Below the pieces are notes generated by a model, which made no database searches, was not told where the DNA came from, and worked only from the letters and a program-made list of their open reading frames with translations. From positions 2,272,001 to 2,336,000 of the forward strand of contig OZ241867.1 of NCBI GenBank assembly GCA_965203175.1: 64,000 nucleotides of DNA. The letters run 5' to 3'. The position numbers and the translations under genes were made by a program. The DNA is from Candidatus Latescibacterota bacterium. GTDB lineage: Bacteria > Latescibacterota > UBA2968 > UBA8231. This document shows positions 18,125-28,484 of the stretch, piece by piece; positions within the stretch are counted from its first letter, which is position 1, and every line of letters begins with the position of its first letter.

Positions 18125-19309
18125 ATGTTCAAACAATTAACGATGGCGCCGGCCGACCCCATCATGGGGCTAAGCGCGGCGTTTAAGAGCAACGAGAATC
18201 CAAACAAAATCAACCTCAGCGTCGGCGTCTATCAGGATGCGAGCGGTCAGACGCCGGTTTTGGCTTCAGTGCAAACGGCGCAAGAGCGCGTCTTGGCTGC
18301 GGAAAAGACCAAGAGCTATTTGAGCATTGAGGGCAGTTCGGAATACGGTGCTGCCGTGCGGGAGCTGATTTTGGGCGTCGGGCACGAGGCGGCCGGGCGC
18401 GCCATCACCGTGCAAAGTCCCGGCGGCACCGGAGCCTTGCGCCTAGCCGGCGATTTCCTCGCCCAACACCTAGGCGACCGGCCCGTGTGGATAAGCGAGC
18501 CGACTTGGGCCAATCACCCCAGGATTTTTGCCTCGGCCGGCCTACAGGTCGAGACCTATCCCTATTTCGACGCCGGTGTCAATAGCATAGACGCCAGTGC
18601 CTTGCTCGCCGCGCTCGGGCAAATTCCCGCCGGCCACGTGGTGCTGCTGCACGGCTGTTGCCACAATCCCACCGGCTGCGACCCAACCCCGGACACTTGG
18701 CGGCAGATCGCTGAGGTCGTCGCCGAGCGCGGTCTGCTGCCCTTAGTCGATTTTGCCTATCAGGGGTTCGGCGACGGGTTGGACGAGGACGCGACTGGCC
18801 TGCGGGCAATCTGCGACACGGGCTGCGAGTTGCTCGTGGCCAGTTCCTTTTCCAAAAACTTCGGCCTGTACAACGAGCGCGTCGGCGCCCTGACTTTGAT
18901 CGGCGCGGACGCGGACACCGCGGAAAGAGCCTTGAGCCACCTCAAAATCGCCGCGCGCACCAGTTACTCCAATCCCCCGGCCCACGGCGCGGCCATGGTC
19001 TGCGAAATCCTCGGCGACGCGGTGCTCCGCCGCCAATGGGAAGGCGAATTGGCCCAGATGCGCGAGCGGATCAATCGCGTGCGCCAACGGCTCGTCGCGC
19101 GGCTCAGCGAGCAGGGCGTGGAGCGCGACTTTTCGTTTATCGAGCGGCAGCGGGGGATGTTCTCTTTTTCGGGCTTGAACGCCGAGCAGGTCGAGGTGCT
19201 GCGGGAACAGTACGCGATCTACATCGTAGCGGGAGGGCGCATCAATGTCGCCGGCCTGACCGAGGACAACCTCGATTACTTCTGCGCCTCGGTGGCCGCG
19301 GTCTTGTAG
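18125..19309 (+). CDS. aspC: Aspartate/aromatic amino acid aminotransferase
   Basis: KINLSVGVY, PGGTGAL, HNPTG, DFAYQGF, SFSKNFGLYNERVG. Confidence 0.92.
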   Translation: MFKQLTMAPADPIMGLSAAFKSNENPNKINLSVGVYQDASGQTPVLASVQTAQERVLAAEKTKSYLSIEGSSEYGAAVRELILGVGHEAAGRAITVQSPGGTGALRLAGDFLAQHLGDRPVWISEPTWANHPRIFASAGLQVETYPYFDAGVNSIDASALLAALGQIPAGHVVLLHGCCHNPTGCDPTPDTWRQIAEVVAERGLLPLVDFAYQGFGDGLDEDATGLRAICDTGCELLVASSFSKNFGLYNERVGALTLIGADADTAERALSHLKIAARTSYSNPPAHGAAMVCEILGDAVLRRQWEGELAQMRERINRVRQRLVARLSEQGVERDFSFIERQRGMFSFSGLNAEQVEVLREQYAIYIVAGGRINVAGLTEDNLDYFCASVAAVL

Positions 19310-20374
19310 CTATTGCACGGAAAAACTCAGGGCGCGCACTAACACTGGAGTGCCGGTGAGGATCTCCGCTTGGCTCGACAGAGTGCTGCCGTCGTCGTAC
19401 ACGATAGTCTCTGGCCTGCCTAAGGGAATATCCTCGTCGCCGCGCAAAACCGCGATGGGTTCGGGGCGCTGGAGAAATTCGATCAGGGCCTGATCGAGCA
19501 ATTCTAACCCGGTGAAGCGGTCGATTTGTCCCTCTCGGACAAGCGTGGCGAATTGCTCGTAGAACGGCGCGGCGTTTTCGGCCAATAGCTGCGGGCCGGC
19601 GAGGAAGTACAGGGTATAGACTTGATCGATCTCGTTGAAGGTGATCCAATTATTTTCCCCTGGACCGTATTGGACGATGTCCGAATAGACAAATTGTTCG
19701 TCAAACACGGTCTCTAACGCGCCGTCAGACCTGCACAGAAAGGCGTGGACCTCGGTGTCTCGGCTTAGCTTGAAGCGCAGTTGCATCTGGTCGCCTTGCT
19801 GCAATTGCACGCCCTCTGTTAGCTCGACGACCTGGTAGACGCCTCCTTCTTCGCGCTTGGTAATCAGGTGCAAATCCACTTCAATTGGACCATAGATCTT
19901 GCCAGTTCCGAGCTGACGCGAGGCGACCTCGTGGCGTACGTCCCGCTCCAAGACGTGGGCGGTGCGAACTGCCACTAGCTCGCCGCTGGTCCGCTCGACT
20001 AAAAACATCCGCACGTACATCCACGGGGCATCTGCTTCGAGCCGTCCGCCCAATGCGAGCGCGGCTTGTCCTCCTTGCTTGAGGCCCACCAATTCCTCGT
20101 CGCGCCACCGCTTTCCGGTCGTGTCCACCAACCCCACCGCGACTTTGGCCTTCATCAGCGCGGACAGCAAGTAGTCGTCGAGCACCTTGGTCTCCTCGGT
20201 CTGCACGCCAGCGGGGTCGCGCAAGCCCAGCCAGTCAACTTCGCTTTCTCGGGCCTCGGCGATTTCCACGAGGTCTTGGGCCGCAGCCGCCAGATGACGG
20301 CTTTGCTCGCGCCCGCCGATAAAGGGCACACAGCCGCCAAGCGAAAGAGTGAGTGCAATCACCAGGACAGTCAT
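19310..20374 (-). CDS. Lipoprotein with probable DUF4384 domain
   Basis: Lipobox LGGC; LQQGDQMQLRFKLSRDTEVHAF beta-sandwich pattern. Confidence 0.6.
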   Translation of the reverse strand: MTVLVIALTLSLGGCVPFIGGREQSRHLAAAAQDLVEIAEARESEVDWLGLRDPAGVQTEETKVLDDYLLSALMKAKVAVGLVDTTGKRWRDEELVGLKQGGQAALALGGRLEADAPWMYVRMFLVERTSGELVAVRTAHVLERDVRHEVASRQLGTGKIYGPIEVDLHLITKREEGGVYQVVELTEGVQLQQGDQMQLRFKLSRDTEVHAFLCRSDGALETVFDEQFVYSDIVQYGPGENNWITFNEIDQVYTLYFLAGPQLLAENAAPFYEQFATLVREGQIDRFTGLELLDQALIEFLQRPEPIAVLRGDEDIPLGRPETIVYDDGSTLSSQAEILTGTPVLVRALSFSVQ

Positions 20375-20375
20375 A

Positions 20376-22085
20376 TCACTTCTCCAGCCGCCGCAAAACG
20401 GGCAACAGCATATCCTTGGCCACGCGCTCCCAACTCATCTTCTGGGCCGCGGCATATCCTTCGGCAAGCAACTTTTTGCGGCCGGTCGCGCCCGCGGATA
20501 ACTGGCTGGCCAAGGCGCTGGCCACCACCCGGCTTTGCACTGCTTCGGCCTGGGTGCATTCCCGCACTCCAAGCGGTTGGCTGGCTCGGTCGGCTTCGTC
20601 GAGTTGGGTATAGGCTCCCTCGATAAAGCCGCCCAATCCCACCTCGCCGGCTGCTTGGCGCACAAAGCCGCGGCAACCGCACACATCGCTGACCACGCTG
20701 ATGGTGCCAGAGCTCAAGCACTCGACTTGGGAAATGCCGAAAGGCTCGTAAATCGACTGCCCGAACTCCGCGTCGCTGCCCCGGCGCAAATCGGCAAACT
20801 CCGCATTGGCCGGCAGGAACGCGCCGCAGCTTTGCTGGTCCCATCCGAATTGGTTGACGAAAAGCGCCTTGATGGCGCGCGTGCGCGCATTAAAGGCGCG
20901 CACTAAAAGGTCGAATTTTAGCTCGCCGCTGCTGAGATCGCTCCCCCCCTCGCGATGGACCAGCGGCCAACCGTACGCGGCCATGCGCTGGACGTCTTCG
21001 GGATCGCGCCGGCCGGTCTCGGTCGCCAACGCGATAAACAGCGCCCGTTGCCCTCGTTCCCATAGGTGGTGATCGAGGTGTTCGAGCACCAGCAAATCGC
21101 GCCACAAGCCCTTGCTCTCGACTAGGCGAGCGACGTGCGTGAAGAGCAGATCTGGGGTCCAACCCAGGAGCGCGGATCCGCTGGTTTGGACTTTTTTCCG
21201 CGCCGCCTCCCGCTCGGCCGCGGACAACTCGGCGGCCGGCACTCCGTTATACACGAGATCGATGGGGCGGCTGGCGAATTCCGGCCCGAGAAAGCGCAGC
21301 TCCTCCACCACCCAATCGCCGACGGCGAGGACTGCGTCGAGACGCCAAGCTTGGCTGACGAGGGCGTGTTTGAAATAGCCGTCTTGCGGGCCAAATAATT
21401 CGTCGATGTACCGGCCGTTTGCGCGCGCTTGGCGCAGCGCATTGTAAAAGGCAATGTCGCGTCCGGGCCGCTCCTCCACCAAGGGCCGCACGGTGGCTAC
21501 TTCGTGCGCGTAGAACAGGGTCTTGCATGCCGCATCGCTCATCAGAGCCTTGAAGGTGGTGCCTAGCCCCATGAATTCATGTGCCAATAGCAAGAAGGGC
21601 GCGTCTCCGACTAGGGAGCGCACGGCCGCGAAACCCGGCTCGGCCAAACGCATGTATTGCTCGTATTCCCAATGCTGTTCGTAGCGGTGCGATTCGAGGC
21701 CGAATTGAAGGAATAGGTCGCGCTTGAATTCGTTTAGTCGCCGAGGCGGGCGGCTCACATCCACCAGCAGAACTTCTGGCGCGGCGCGGTGCCCGTCTTG
21801 GGTCAGCAAGCGCCGGCCATAGACCAAGCGCACGCCAAATTTCCGCTCGACCGCGCTGAGTTGGTCGGCGATGTCGGCGGCGCGGATGCTGCGGGTGGCG
21901 TCGTAGAGGATCTCGCCGTCCGGGCCGAGTGGTTGGGCACTGTCTGGATCGGTTAAGGGGCCGAGCAGGATGGTGCGCTGGCAATGGGTTTGGTAGCTGC
22001 GGGCGGTGATCAGGCCGCGCAGGACTGTGCCGATTCCACCGGCTTGCTGCACGGCTTCGTGCGTGACGTGGACGAGCGTGGCCAT
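20376..22085 (-). CDS. GT-B glycosyltransferase, glycogen synthase (GT3)-like
   Basis: HEAVQQAGGIGTV, AHEFMG and SIYEPFGISQVE motifs. Confidence 0.7.
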   Translation of the reverse strand: MATLVHVTHEAVQQAGGIGTVLRGLITARSYQTHCQRTILLGPLTDPDSAQPLGPDGEILYDATRSIRAADIADQLSAVERKFGVRLVYGRRLLTQDGHRAAPEVLLVDVSRPPRRLNEFKRDLFLQFGLESHRYEQHWEYEQYMRLAEPGFAAVRSLVGDAPFLLLAHEFMGLGTTFKALMSDAACKTLFYAHEVATVRPLVEERPGRDIAFYNALRQARANGRYIDELFGPQDGYFKHALVSQAWRLDAVLAVGDWVVEELRFLGPEFASRPIDLVYNGVPAAELSAAEREAARKKVQTSGSALLGWTPDLLFTHVARLVESKGLWRDLLVLEHLDHHLWERGQRALFIALATETGRRDPEDVQRMAAYGWPLVHREGGSDLSSGELKFDLLVRAFNARTRAIKALFVNQFGWDQQSCGAFLPANAEFADLRRGSDAEFGQSIYEPFGISQVECLSSGTISVVSDVCGCRGFVRQAAGEVGLGGFIEGAYTQLDEADRASQPLGVRECTQAEAVQSRVVASALASQLSAGATGRKKLLAEGYAAAQKMSWERVAKDMLLPVLRRLEK

Positions 22086-22195
22086 ACTAAAAAACATAGA
22101 TCGCCGGGCATTTTCTGTCTAATGTCAGCGGTGCGGTTGGACTTTGCGTACATTTGCCATGCAGTGTAAATCAGCAACTTTTTTCTGGAAACAAA

Positions 22196-23065
22196 ATGGC
22201 CACAGATCACTCCGCTCCATTGCCTCCCGCCGGGTGTGACCAGCTCATCGACCTAGCCTTGCGGGAAGATCTCGGCGCTGTAGATGTAGAAGCCGATTTG
22301 ACCGCTGCTTGGACCGTGGCGAGCGATGCCGAGGCTCGCGCTCGCATCATCGCTCGCCAAGCTGGCGTCGTCGCGGGCATTGAGGTCGCCCGCGCGGTCT
22401 TCGCCCGTCTCGACCAGGACATTTCTGTGTGCGCCGAAGTCGCCGACGGGGACGAGGTCATGGAAGGCCAGACTCTCATCCGCTTGCAAGGCCGTGCACG
22501 CGCGCTATTGGCTGGGGAGCGCACCGCGCTCAATTTCCTGCAACAGCTTTCGGGCGTGGCCACTCTGACCCGGCGCTATGTGGAGGCCCTAAGCGGCACG
22601 GCTACGCGCATCACCGACACCCGCAAAACCACCCCGGGCTGGCGGCACTTACAGAAATGGGCCGTGCGCTTGGGCGGGGGCGTCAATCACCGCATGGGCC
22701 TGTACGACGCCGTACTGATCAAGGAAAACCACGCCGCTGCTGCGGGCGGCGTCCGCGCTGCCATCCGCGCGGCACGGGGCCAAGCAGCGCCGATCTACGT
22801 GGAAGCCGAAAATCTCGCGGAAGTCGAAGAGGCCCTCGCGGGCGGCCCGGACCGCATCCTGCTCGACAACATGGACGCGCCGACCCTGCGCCGGGCCGTA
22901 GCACTCATTCGCGCTGCCAATCCCGCCGTTGAGATTGAGGCCACCGGCGGTTATACCTTGGCAACCGTGCGCGAGGCCGCCGCCGCCGGTGTGGACCTCA
23001 TCTCGATCGGTGCCCTGACGCATTCGGCACCGGCGTTGGATCTGAGCATGCTTTTTGAGGGATAG
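22196..23065 (+). CDS. nadC: Quinolinate phosphoribosyltransferase
   Basis: ERTALNFLQ, DTRKTTPG, HRMGLYD, LIKENH, ILLDNM, GALTHSA. Confidence 0.95.
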   Translation: MATDHSAPLPPAGCDQLIDLALREDLGAVDVEADLTAAWTVASDAEARARIIARQAGVVAGIEVARAVFARLDQDISVCAEVADGDEVMEGQTLIRLQGRARALLAGERTALNFLQQLSGVATLTRRYVEALSGTATRITDTRKTTPGWRHLQKWAVRLGGGVNHRMGLYDAVLIKENHAAAAGGVRAAIRAARGQAAPIYVEAENLAEVEEALAGGPDRILLDNMDAPTLRRAVALIRAANPAVEIEATGGYTLATVREAAAAGVDLISIGALTHSAPALDLSMLFEG

Positions 23066-23080
23066 GAGTGACCGGATAAT

Positions 23081-23554
23081 CTAATCGTCCCGCCACTTGC
23101 AGTAGGGATTGCGCACGAGGTTGGCGTTGTAATAGCGCGGATCGTCCGATACTTCGACGCCGGCCCAAGGAGGTTTCTCCACGATTTCTTCTTGGCTGCT
23201 CAGTTCGACTTCGGCGAGTACCAATCCCTCGTTTTCTCCAGAAAATACGTCGATGGTCCAGATCTTGTCTGCCCAAGGCAAGGTATAGCGCGTCTTTTCG
23301 ATGTGTGGCTGCTGGCACAGGGTTGCTAGGATGCTCTCGGCGTCTTGGCGCGGGATTTCGTATTCGTACTCGCGGCGCGCGATGCCGCTATTCTGACCCT
23401 TGAGCGTGAGCACCGCCCGTTCGCCCTCGATCCGCACGCGTACTACGCCGCCGTCTTGGCTGGGAATGTAGCCCTGCCGAAAGGCGACGCCTTCTAGGCG
23501 GTCGAGGCAAGAGAGATCGGTGACGAGGTACTTACGCTCGATTTCCCAGGACAT
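23081..23554 (-). CDS. CYTH domain protein
   Basis: EIERKYLV, RVRI, EYEY, IEKTRY, AEVEL, DPRYYN. Confidence 0.9.
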   Translation of the reverse strand: MSWEIERKYLVTDLSCLDRLEGVAFRQGYIPSQDGGVVRVRIEGERAVLTLKGQNSGIARREYEYEIPRQDAESILATLCQQPHIEKTRYTLPWADKIWTIDVFSGENEGLVLAEVELSSQEEIVEKPPWAGVEVSDDPRYYNANLVRNPYCKWRDD

Positions 23555-23557
23555 CGT

Positions 23558-23635
23558 TTAGGCGGAAGCGGCGCGGTTGAGGGAGTCGATCATTCGATCC
23601 TTGCCTTCCGTCCCACATACTACCGATATGGTCAT
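23558..23635 (-). CDS. Putative 25-aa small ORF or gene remnant
   Basis: TAAGGAG SD upstream of ATG 23635; MTISVVCGTEGKDRMIDSLNRAASA*; fills the intergenic gap. Confidence 0.35.
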   Translation of the reverse strand: MTISVVCGTEGKDRMIDSLNRAASA

Positions 23636-23647
23636 GGCGTGTACTCC

Positions 23648-23962
23648 TTATAAGTGCTTGGACAACCCACGAGCTAAATCGCCGCGCAAGACGCCGATTA
23701 CTTGGGCATCCTCGCGGCCAAAACTCTGAGTCAGCACTTCCATTGCCTGTACTTGGAAGACGCGCGTTCCCCCGCGTTCTAAGCGAGCCAGTTCGCGCAA
23801 CGTCCGCTGCGCTAGGTCGCTGCTGGCAAATACAAAGGCCAGCCCCTTGGAGCGGCGCACAGCCGACAGGCCGACGACCGTGGCCCCAGAGCGGCAGCCG
23901 ATCCCCAAGAGCGCGGATAGCTGCGCAGTTGGGTCGAGGTAGGGTAGCTCTTGCTCAGACAA
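23648..23962 (-). CDS. L7Ae/L30e-family RNA-binding protein (YlxQ-like)
   Basis: LLGIGCRSG.TVVG..AV...VFASSDL...LTQSFGR..AQVIGV pattern; 104 aa. Confidence 0.6.
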   Translation of the reverse strand: MSEQELPYLDPTAQLSALLGIGCRSGATVVGLSAVRRSKGLAFVFASSDLAQRTLRELARLERGGTRVFQVQAMEVLTQSFGREDAQVIGVLRGDLARGLSKHL

Positions 23963-24974
23963 AGGCTGGCTTTATGGGCACTGACCCGCGCGTCGCTGAA
24001 ATGTTGGCTGCTTCGAGTACGCCGATTACCCGGCCCGCGGATTCGGGGGTAATGACGAGGTCGGCGCGGCCCCGCAAATGCGCGAAAATGTTTTCGTAGT
24101 ACGCGTCCCAATTGGACTCGGCGAAGGGCACCTCGGCGCTCATCTGGCGGCCGTTGATCACCGTCTTGACGAGGTACTTGCCGCCCGCATCCTCGATCGC
24201 GCCCTTCGTGCCCAGCACCCGCCAGCGCGGCCGCGGACTCATCGACAGGTTGGACATGGTCAGGGTAACGGTGCAGCCGCTGTGGAAGCGCAGCGTGTAT
24301 TCGGAGTGGTCCTCGTTGTCGTATTTTTTCCACGCGGGATTTTTGACTTGAAAGCCGCTGACCGAGGCGATTTTTTCCGGGACGATATTCAAAATCCAAT
24401 CCGTAAAATGCGCGCCCCAGTCGTAGATAGCCCCGCCGGAGATTTTGCGATTGGCGCGCCACCAAGTCCCCTGCTCGCCGTAGCCGTAAAATCCAGCTTC
24501 GATGCGGAAGACGGGACCGATGATTTGCTCTTTGAGAATTAGATCGCGCAGCACCACAAAGTCGCCGTCCCAGCGCCGGTTGTGAAACGTCGAGAGCAGG
24601 ACCTTGTTCTTTTTGGCCGCCGCCTGCATGCGCTTGACTTCGGCGCTGGTAATGGCGAGGGGCTTCTCGCAGACTACGTGGATCCCGGCATTGAGGCACT
24701 GCACCGCTAGCTTGGCGTGTGTGTTGTGCGGGGTGATGATGGTCACCAAGTCCAAGTTCGCGTTCCGCAGCATGGCACCGACGCGGCCGTAGGTCTTGAT
24801 GCCGGGAAAGTCCTCTTCCGCTACTTGACGCCGCTCGGGATCCAGCTCGCAAACAGCGGCCACTTCTACGCCCTCGTTTTTGGCCATGGAGGTTAAATGC
24901 AACTGACCCATATTGAACGCGCTGCTATAGCCTATAACACCTACGCGGAAGTGCTCCTGTTTTTTTGCCGCCAC
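23955..24974 (-). CDS. Gfo/Idh/MocA family oxidoreductase
   Basis: VGVIGY, HVVCEKP, HNRRWD, GGAIYDWGAH. Confidence 0.9.
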   Translation of the reverse strand: MAAKKQEHFRVGVIGYSSAFNMGQLHLTSMAKNEGVEVAAVCELDPERRQVAEEDFPGIKTYGRVGAMLRNANLDLVTIITPHNTHAKLAVQCLNAGIHVVCEKPLAITSAEVKRMQAAAKKNKVLLSTFHNRRWDGDFVVLRDLILKEQIIGPVFRIEAGFYGYGEQGTWWRANRKISGGAIYDWGAHFTDWILNIVPEKIASVSGFQVKNPAWKKYDNEDHSEYTLRFHSGCTVTLTMSNLSMSPRPRWRVLGTKGAIEDAGGKYLVKTVINGRQMSAEVPFAESNWDAYYENIFAHLRGRADLVITPESAGRVIGVLEAANISATRGSVPIKPAFV

Positions 24975-25124
24975 AATGTGCTCCTCTGTTTAAGGGGTTT
25001 GAAGCCGCGAATCTGCAAAATGCCGCTGTGCGCGTCAATGCGGCTGGTTTGTCCGCGTCCTAGTCTTTTAATATGTTGAACGGAACGAAATTGTCCTCTC
25101 CACAATTAAAATCCCACACGACAA

Positions 25125-28100
25125 ATGGAAACAAGACTAACGAGAAAAGACCTAGCCTTTATCGGCGGCTGCGTACTCCTTGCCGCCGTTAGTTTGGCCG
25201 TTGGAGTTCACTACTTCTACCGGGCTTTTCCCGAAGCCTCAATCGACTTCCGCGTCACCCGCGACGAGGCCAAGGAGCAGGCGGTCGATTTTATCGCCGC
25301 CCGCGGCTTTGATCTGGCCGATTACCGCCACAGCGCCATTTTCCGCTACGACGAACAGACCAAGACCTTTCTCGAGCGCGAGTTGGGTCTGGAGGGGGCC
25401 ACGCAGGTCATTGGCAATCCCGTGCAGTTGTGGCGCTGGAGCAACCGCTGGGTAAAGGAGCTGGAAAAGGAAGAGTTTCAGGCCACGGTTACGACTTCTG
25501 GCGATCTTGTCAGTTTTAGTCACCTCATCGAGGAAGAGGCACCCGGCGCGAGCCTCGAAGAAGCCGAAGCTCGCCGCTTGGCCGAGACCTTTCTCACCAG
25601 CGAGCTCGGCCGCGACCTCGCCGCGCTCGAATTCGTAGAAGTCCAGACCCAGGAACGACCTAACCGCGTCGACCACACCTTTAGCTGGAAACTGCGCGAC
25701 TTCGCCGTTGGCGAGGCCTACTACCGCTTCTACGTGCGGCTGCAAGGCGACCAGATCGGCGGCTTTGGCGAGTATCTCAAAATCCCCGAGGCGTGGGAGC
25801 GCGACTTCGCCGAGCTGCGGTCGCATAACGAGACCACGGGCTTAGTGGCCGGGACCTTACTCATCCTGACCATCCTGGCGATGCTGGTTTCGTTCTTTAT
25901 CGGCGTTCGCGCCCGAGATATCCGCTGGAAGACTGCCGCGATCTTCGGGGCCATCGCCACGGTTCTGACGCTACTGGCCGAACTCAACAACCTGCCGCTG
26001 ACCGCGTTTGACTACGACACGACCGATACATACGGGTCTTTTCTGACGAGACAGTTGCTCAACAGTCTGTTTGCCGCCGCCGCCCAAGGCATCCTCATCT
26101 TCTTTCTCACCGCGGCGGCTGAGCCTTTGTACCGACGCTACTACGCGAACCAAATTCAGATTGGGGGCCAGTTTACGCCAGCGGGCCTGCGCACCAAGCG
26201 CTTTCTCCTCGGCACCATTCTCGGCTTGGCCATGACCCCGGCCTTCTTGGCCTACCAGGTGATCTTTTACATCACGGCCGAACAGTTGGTCGGCGCTTGG
26301 GGTCCGGCGCACATTCCCTACAGCGAGATGGTCAACACCTATATCCCGTGGATCATGGTGCTGTTGATCGGCTTTATGCCCGCGGTCTTCGAGGAGTTTA
26401 TCTCCCGGGCGTTTTCGATTCCCTTCCTGCACAAATACCTCAAGTTCCGCTGGGTTGCGGTCGTCATCGCGGGCCTTATATGGGGATTCGCCCATGCCAA
26501 CTATCCGCAGCAGCCCTTTTACATTCGCGGCATTGAGGTAGGCATCGCCGGTATTGTCGTTGGCTATATTTTTCTCCGGTTCGGGATTCTCGCCCCTCTC
26601 GTATGGCACTATACGATTGACGCCCTGTACACGTCCCTAATCCTCTTCCGCTCGTCCAACAGCTACTTCGTCGTTTCAGCGGCCTTGTCGACGGGTCTGA
26701 TGCTCCTGCCCTTGGCAGTGGCTCTCGTCCTCTACCTGCGGCAACGTCGCTTCGCCGACCCAACGCCCTTGCTCAACAAAAGCGCTGCGCCCCCCGCCTC
26801 GGAAGCCGCCGCGGACGAGCCTACAGCGCAACAGCCCGCCGCCCCGGCCCCCACGTTTGTCTATACCCCGCTGTCTAAACGACGCCTAGGTTGGGCCGTC
26901 GCGGTGGTCGTGGTCTCGCTGGGCTTTTTCGCCCTCGATTACGAGAAGCCGCTCGACTTTGTCGATGTCCGCCTGACCCAGGGCGAGGCCGAGGCCAAGG
27001 CCGTTGAGTATCTAAAGGCGACCGGTGCGGATCCCTCGGCATACGAAGTGGTCACCTATTATCAAAACCAGCCGAACACGATGGCGATCCGGTACATCTT
27101 GGAGCGCGACTCGGTGGCCGTGGTCAATCGCCTATACCAAAAAGATCTGTTGGCCAGCTTGTGGGTGACGCGCTTTTTCCGCTATGGAGAAAAGGAGGAA
27201 TACAGAGTTGCCGTTCATCCGGAAGACGGTTCCCTCTATAGCATAAACCACCTGCTGGCCGAAGAGGCCGAGGGTGCGGACCTCGAAGAGGCACAAGCCC
27301 AGGCAATAGCTGTCGAGCACCTACGTGCCTTCGGCTTTGACGTCGAGGAATTGGAGCTCAAGGAATCCTCGTCGGAAAAGCTGCCCAACCGCCGCGATCA
27401 CCGCTTCGTCTTTGAGGCTGTCGAGGGCGACCCGCGCAACGTCGATGAGCTGCGCTATCGAGTGCGGGTCAACGTCGCCGGCGACGAGCCGGTTTCCATC
27501 TATCGCTTCCTCAAAGTGCCCGAGGATTGGCAACGTGAGCGCGAAGAGGGCACCACGCTCAAGACCGCGCTTTCCGGCCTGCTCATCGTCTTGATTGCCG
27601 CGGTGGTGATCCACGGCCTGTGGCTGCTCGTGCGTCGCGTGCGGAACGAGGGCATAGTTTGGGCACCGCTGATCAAAATTGCCGCGATTGTCGCGGCCTT
27701 CTTATTACTCGAATTTCTCAATGGCCTGTCGGTTGTCGAACGCGCCTACGATACCCGCCTCACGCTGTCGATCTTTACCATTACCCAAATACTCAGCATT
27801 ATCTTGGGCAGCTTGGGGGTCGGCTTGATGATTGTCGCGGCTCTCGGCTTAGCCACCAGCCTCTATCCAGACTGGTCGGCGCGCCTGCGGGTCGCGCGGC
27901 GCGTGCCCGAATTCCGCGACGCTGTCGTCGGGGTTGCGCTGATCCTCGTCGCCAGAGAGGCGTGGCAGCACTTGCGCGGCTACGTAGAGAGCCGATTTAT
28001 CGCCTCCGACCCGAGTCTCGGCTTTGGGCTACCCTCTGGATTGGACCAGTATCTGCCCTTTTGGAATCCCCTGTCCGACGGCGTAATGAACGCCATCTTC

Positions 28101-28478
28101 CTCCCAATTATCGCCGGCTTAGTGCTCTACTATAGCCGCGTGGTAATAAAAAAGCGGCTCTACGCAGTCGTGGCGGGTTTGGGGGTGGGATTGATTATGT
28201 CCGGCGGCAATGCCGTTCACTTCGACGAATTCCTCTTTGAGTTGTTGACGTTTGTCACTAGTATCGGCTTCGTCGTCGCTGCAATCGTCTTGCTCTTGCG
28301 GAACAACCTCCTCGCGTACGTGCTGTTGGGGTTTGTCTCGGTGCTCTTGGAGGTCAAGAGCCTCGGCGCGCTGTCTGCGCCGGCCTATCAGTTGCAAGCC
28401 GGGATTCTGTTGCTGCTGACTCTTCTGGTGGTCTTCTGCCTGTGGTGGCGTTTGGGCGCTGAGCGCGAGGCGTCCTAG
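25125..28478 (+). CDS. Large membrane protein with CPBP (Abi/CAAX) glutamic endopeptidase domain, internally duplicated
   Basis: FEEFISR, WGFAH and WHYTID CPBP motifs; two homologous extracytoplasmic + TM halves. Confidence 0.8.
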   Translation: METRLTRKDLAFIGGCVLLAAVSLAVGVHYFYRAFPEASIDFRVTRDEAKEQAVDFIAARGFDLADYRHSAIFRYDEQTKTFLERELGLEGATQVIGNPVQLWRWSNRWVKELEKEEFQATVTTSGDLVSFSHLIEEEAPGASLEEAEARRLAETFLTSELGRDLAALEFVEVQTQERPNRVDHTFSWKLRDFAVGEAYYRFYVRLQGDQIGGFGEYLKIPEAWERDFAELRSHNETTGLVAGTLLILTILAMLVSFFIGVRARDIRWKTAAIFGAIATVLTLLAELNNLPLTAFDYDTTDTYGSFLTRQLLNSLFAAAAQGILIFFLTAAAEPLYRRYYANQIQIGGQFTPAGLRTKRFLLGTILGLAMTPAFLAYQVIFYITAEQLVGAWGPAHIPYSEMVNTYIPWIMVLLIGFMPAVFEEFISRAFSIPFLHKYLKFRWVAVVIAGLIWGFAHANYPQQPFYIRGIEVGIAGIVVGYIFLRFGILAPLVWHYTIDALYTSLILFRSSNSYFVVSAALSTGLMLLPLAVALVLYLRQRRFADPTPLLNKSAAPPASEAAADEPTAQQPAAPAPTFVYTPLSKRRLGWAVAVVVVSLGFFALDYEKPLDFVDVRLTQGEAEAKAVEYLKATGADPSAYEVVTYYQNQPNTMAIRYILERDSVAVVNRLYQKDLLASLWVTRFFRYGEKEEYRVAVHPEDGSLYSINHLLAEEAEGADLEEAQAQAIAVEHLRAFGFDVEELELKESSSEKLPNRRDHRFVFEAVEGDPRNVDELRYRVRVNVAGDEPVSIYRFLKVPEDWQREREEGTTLKTALSGLLIVLIAAVVIHGLWLLVRRVRNEGIVWAPLIKIAAIVAAFLLLEFLNGLSVVERAYDTRLTLSIFTITQILSIILGSLGVGLMIVAALGLATSLYPDWSARLRVARRVPEFRDAVVGVALILVAREAWQHLRGYVESRFIASDPSLGFGLPSGLDQYLPFWNPLSDGVMNAIFLPIIAGLVLYYSRVVIKKRLYAVVAGLGVGLIMSGGNAVHFDEFLFELLTFVTSIGFVVAAIVLLLRNNLLAYVLLGFVSVLLEVKSLGALSAPAYQLQAGILLLLTLLVVFCLWWRLGAEREAS

Positions 28479-28484
28479 GCGCGA

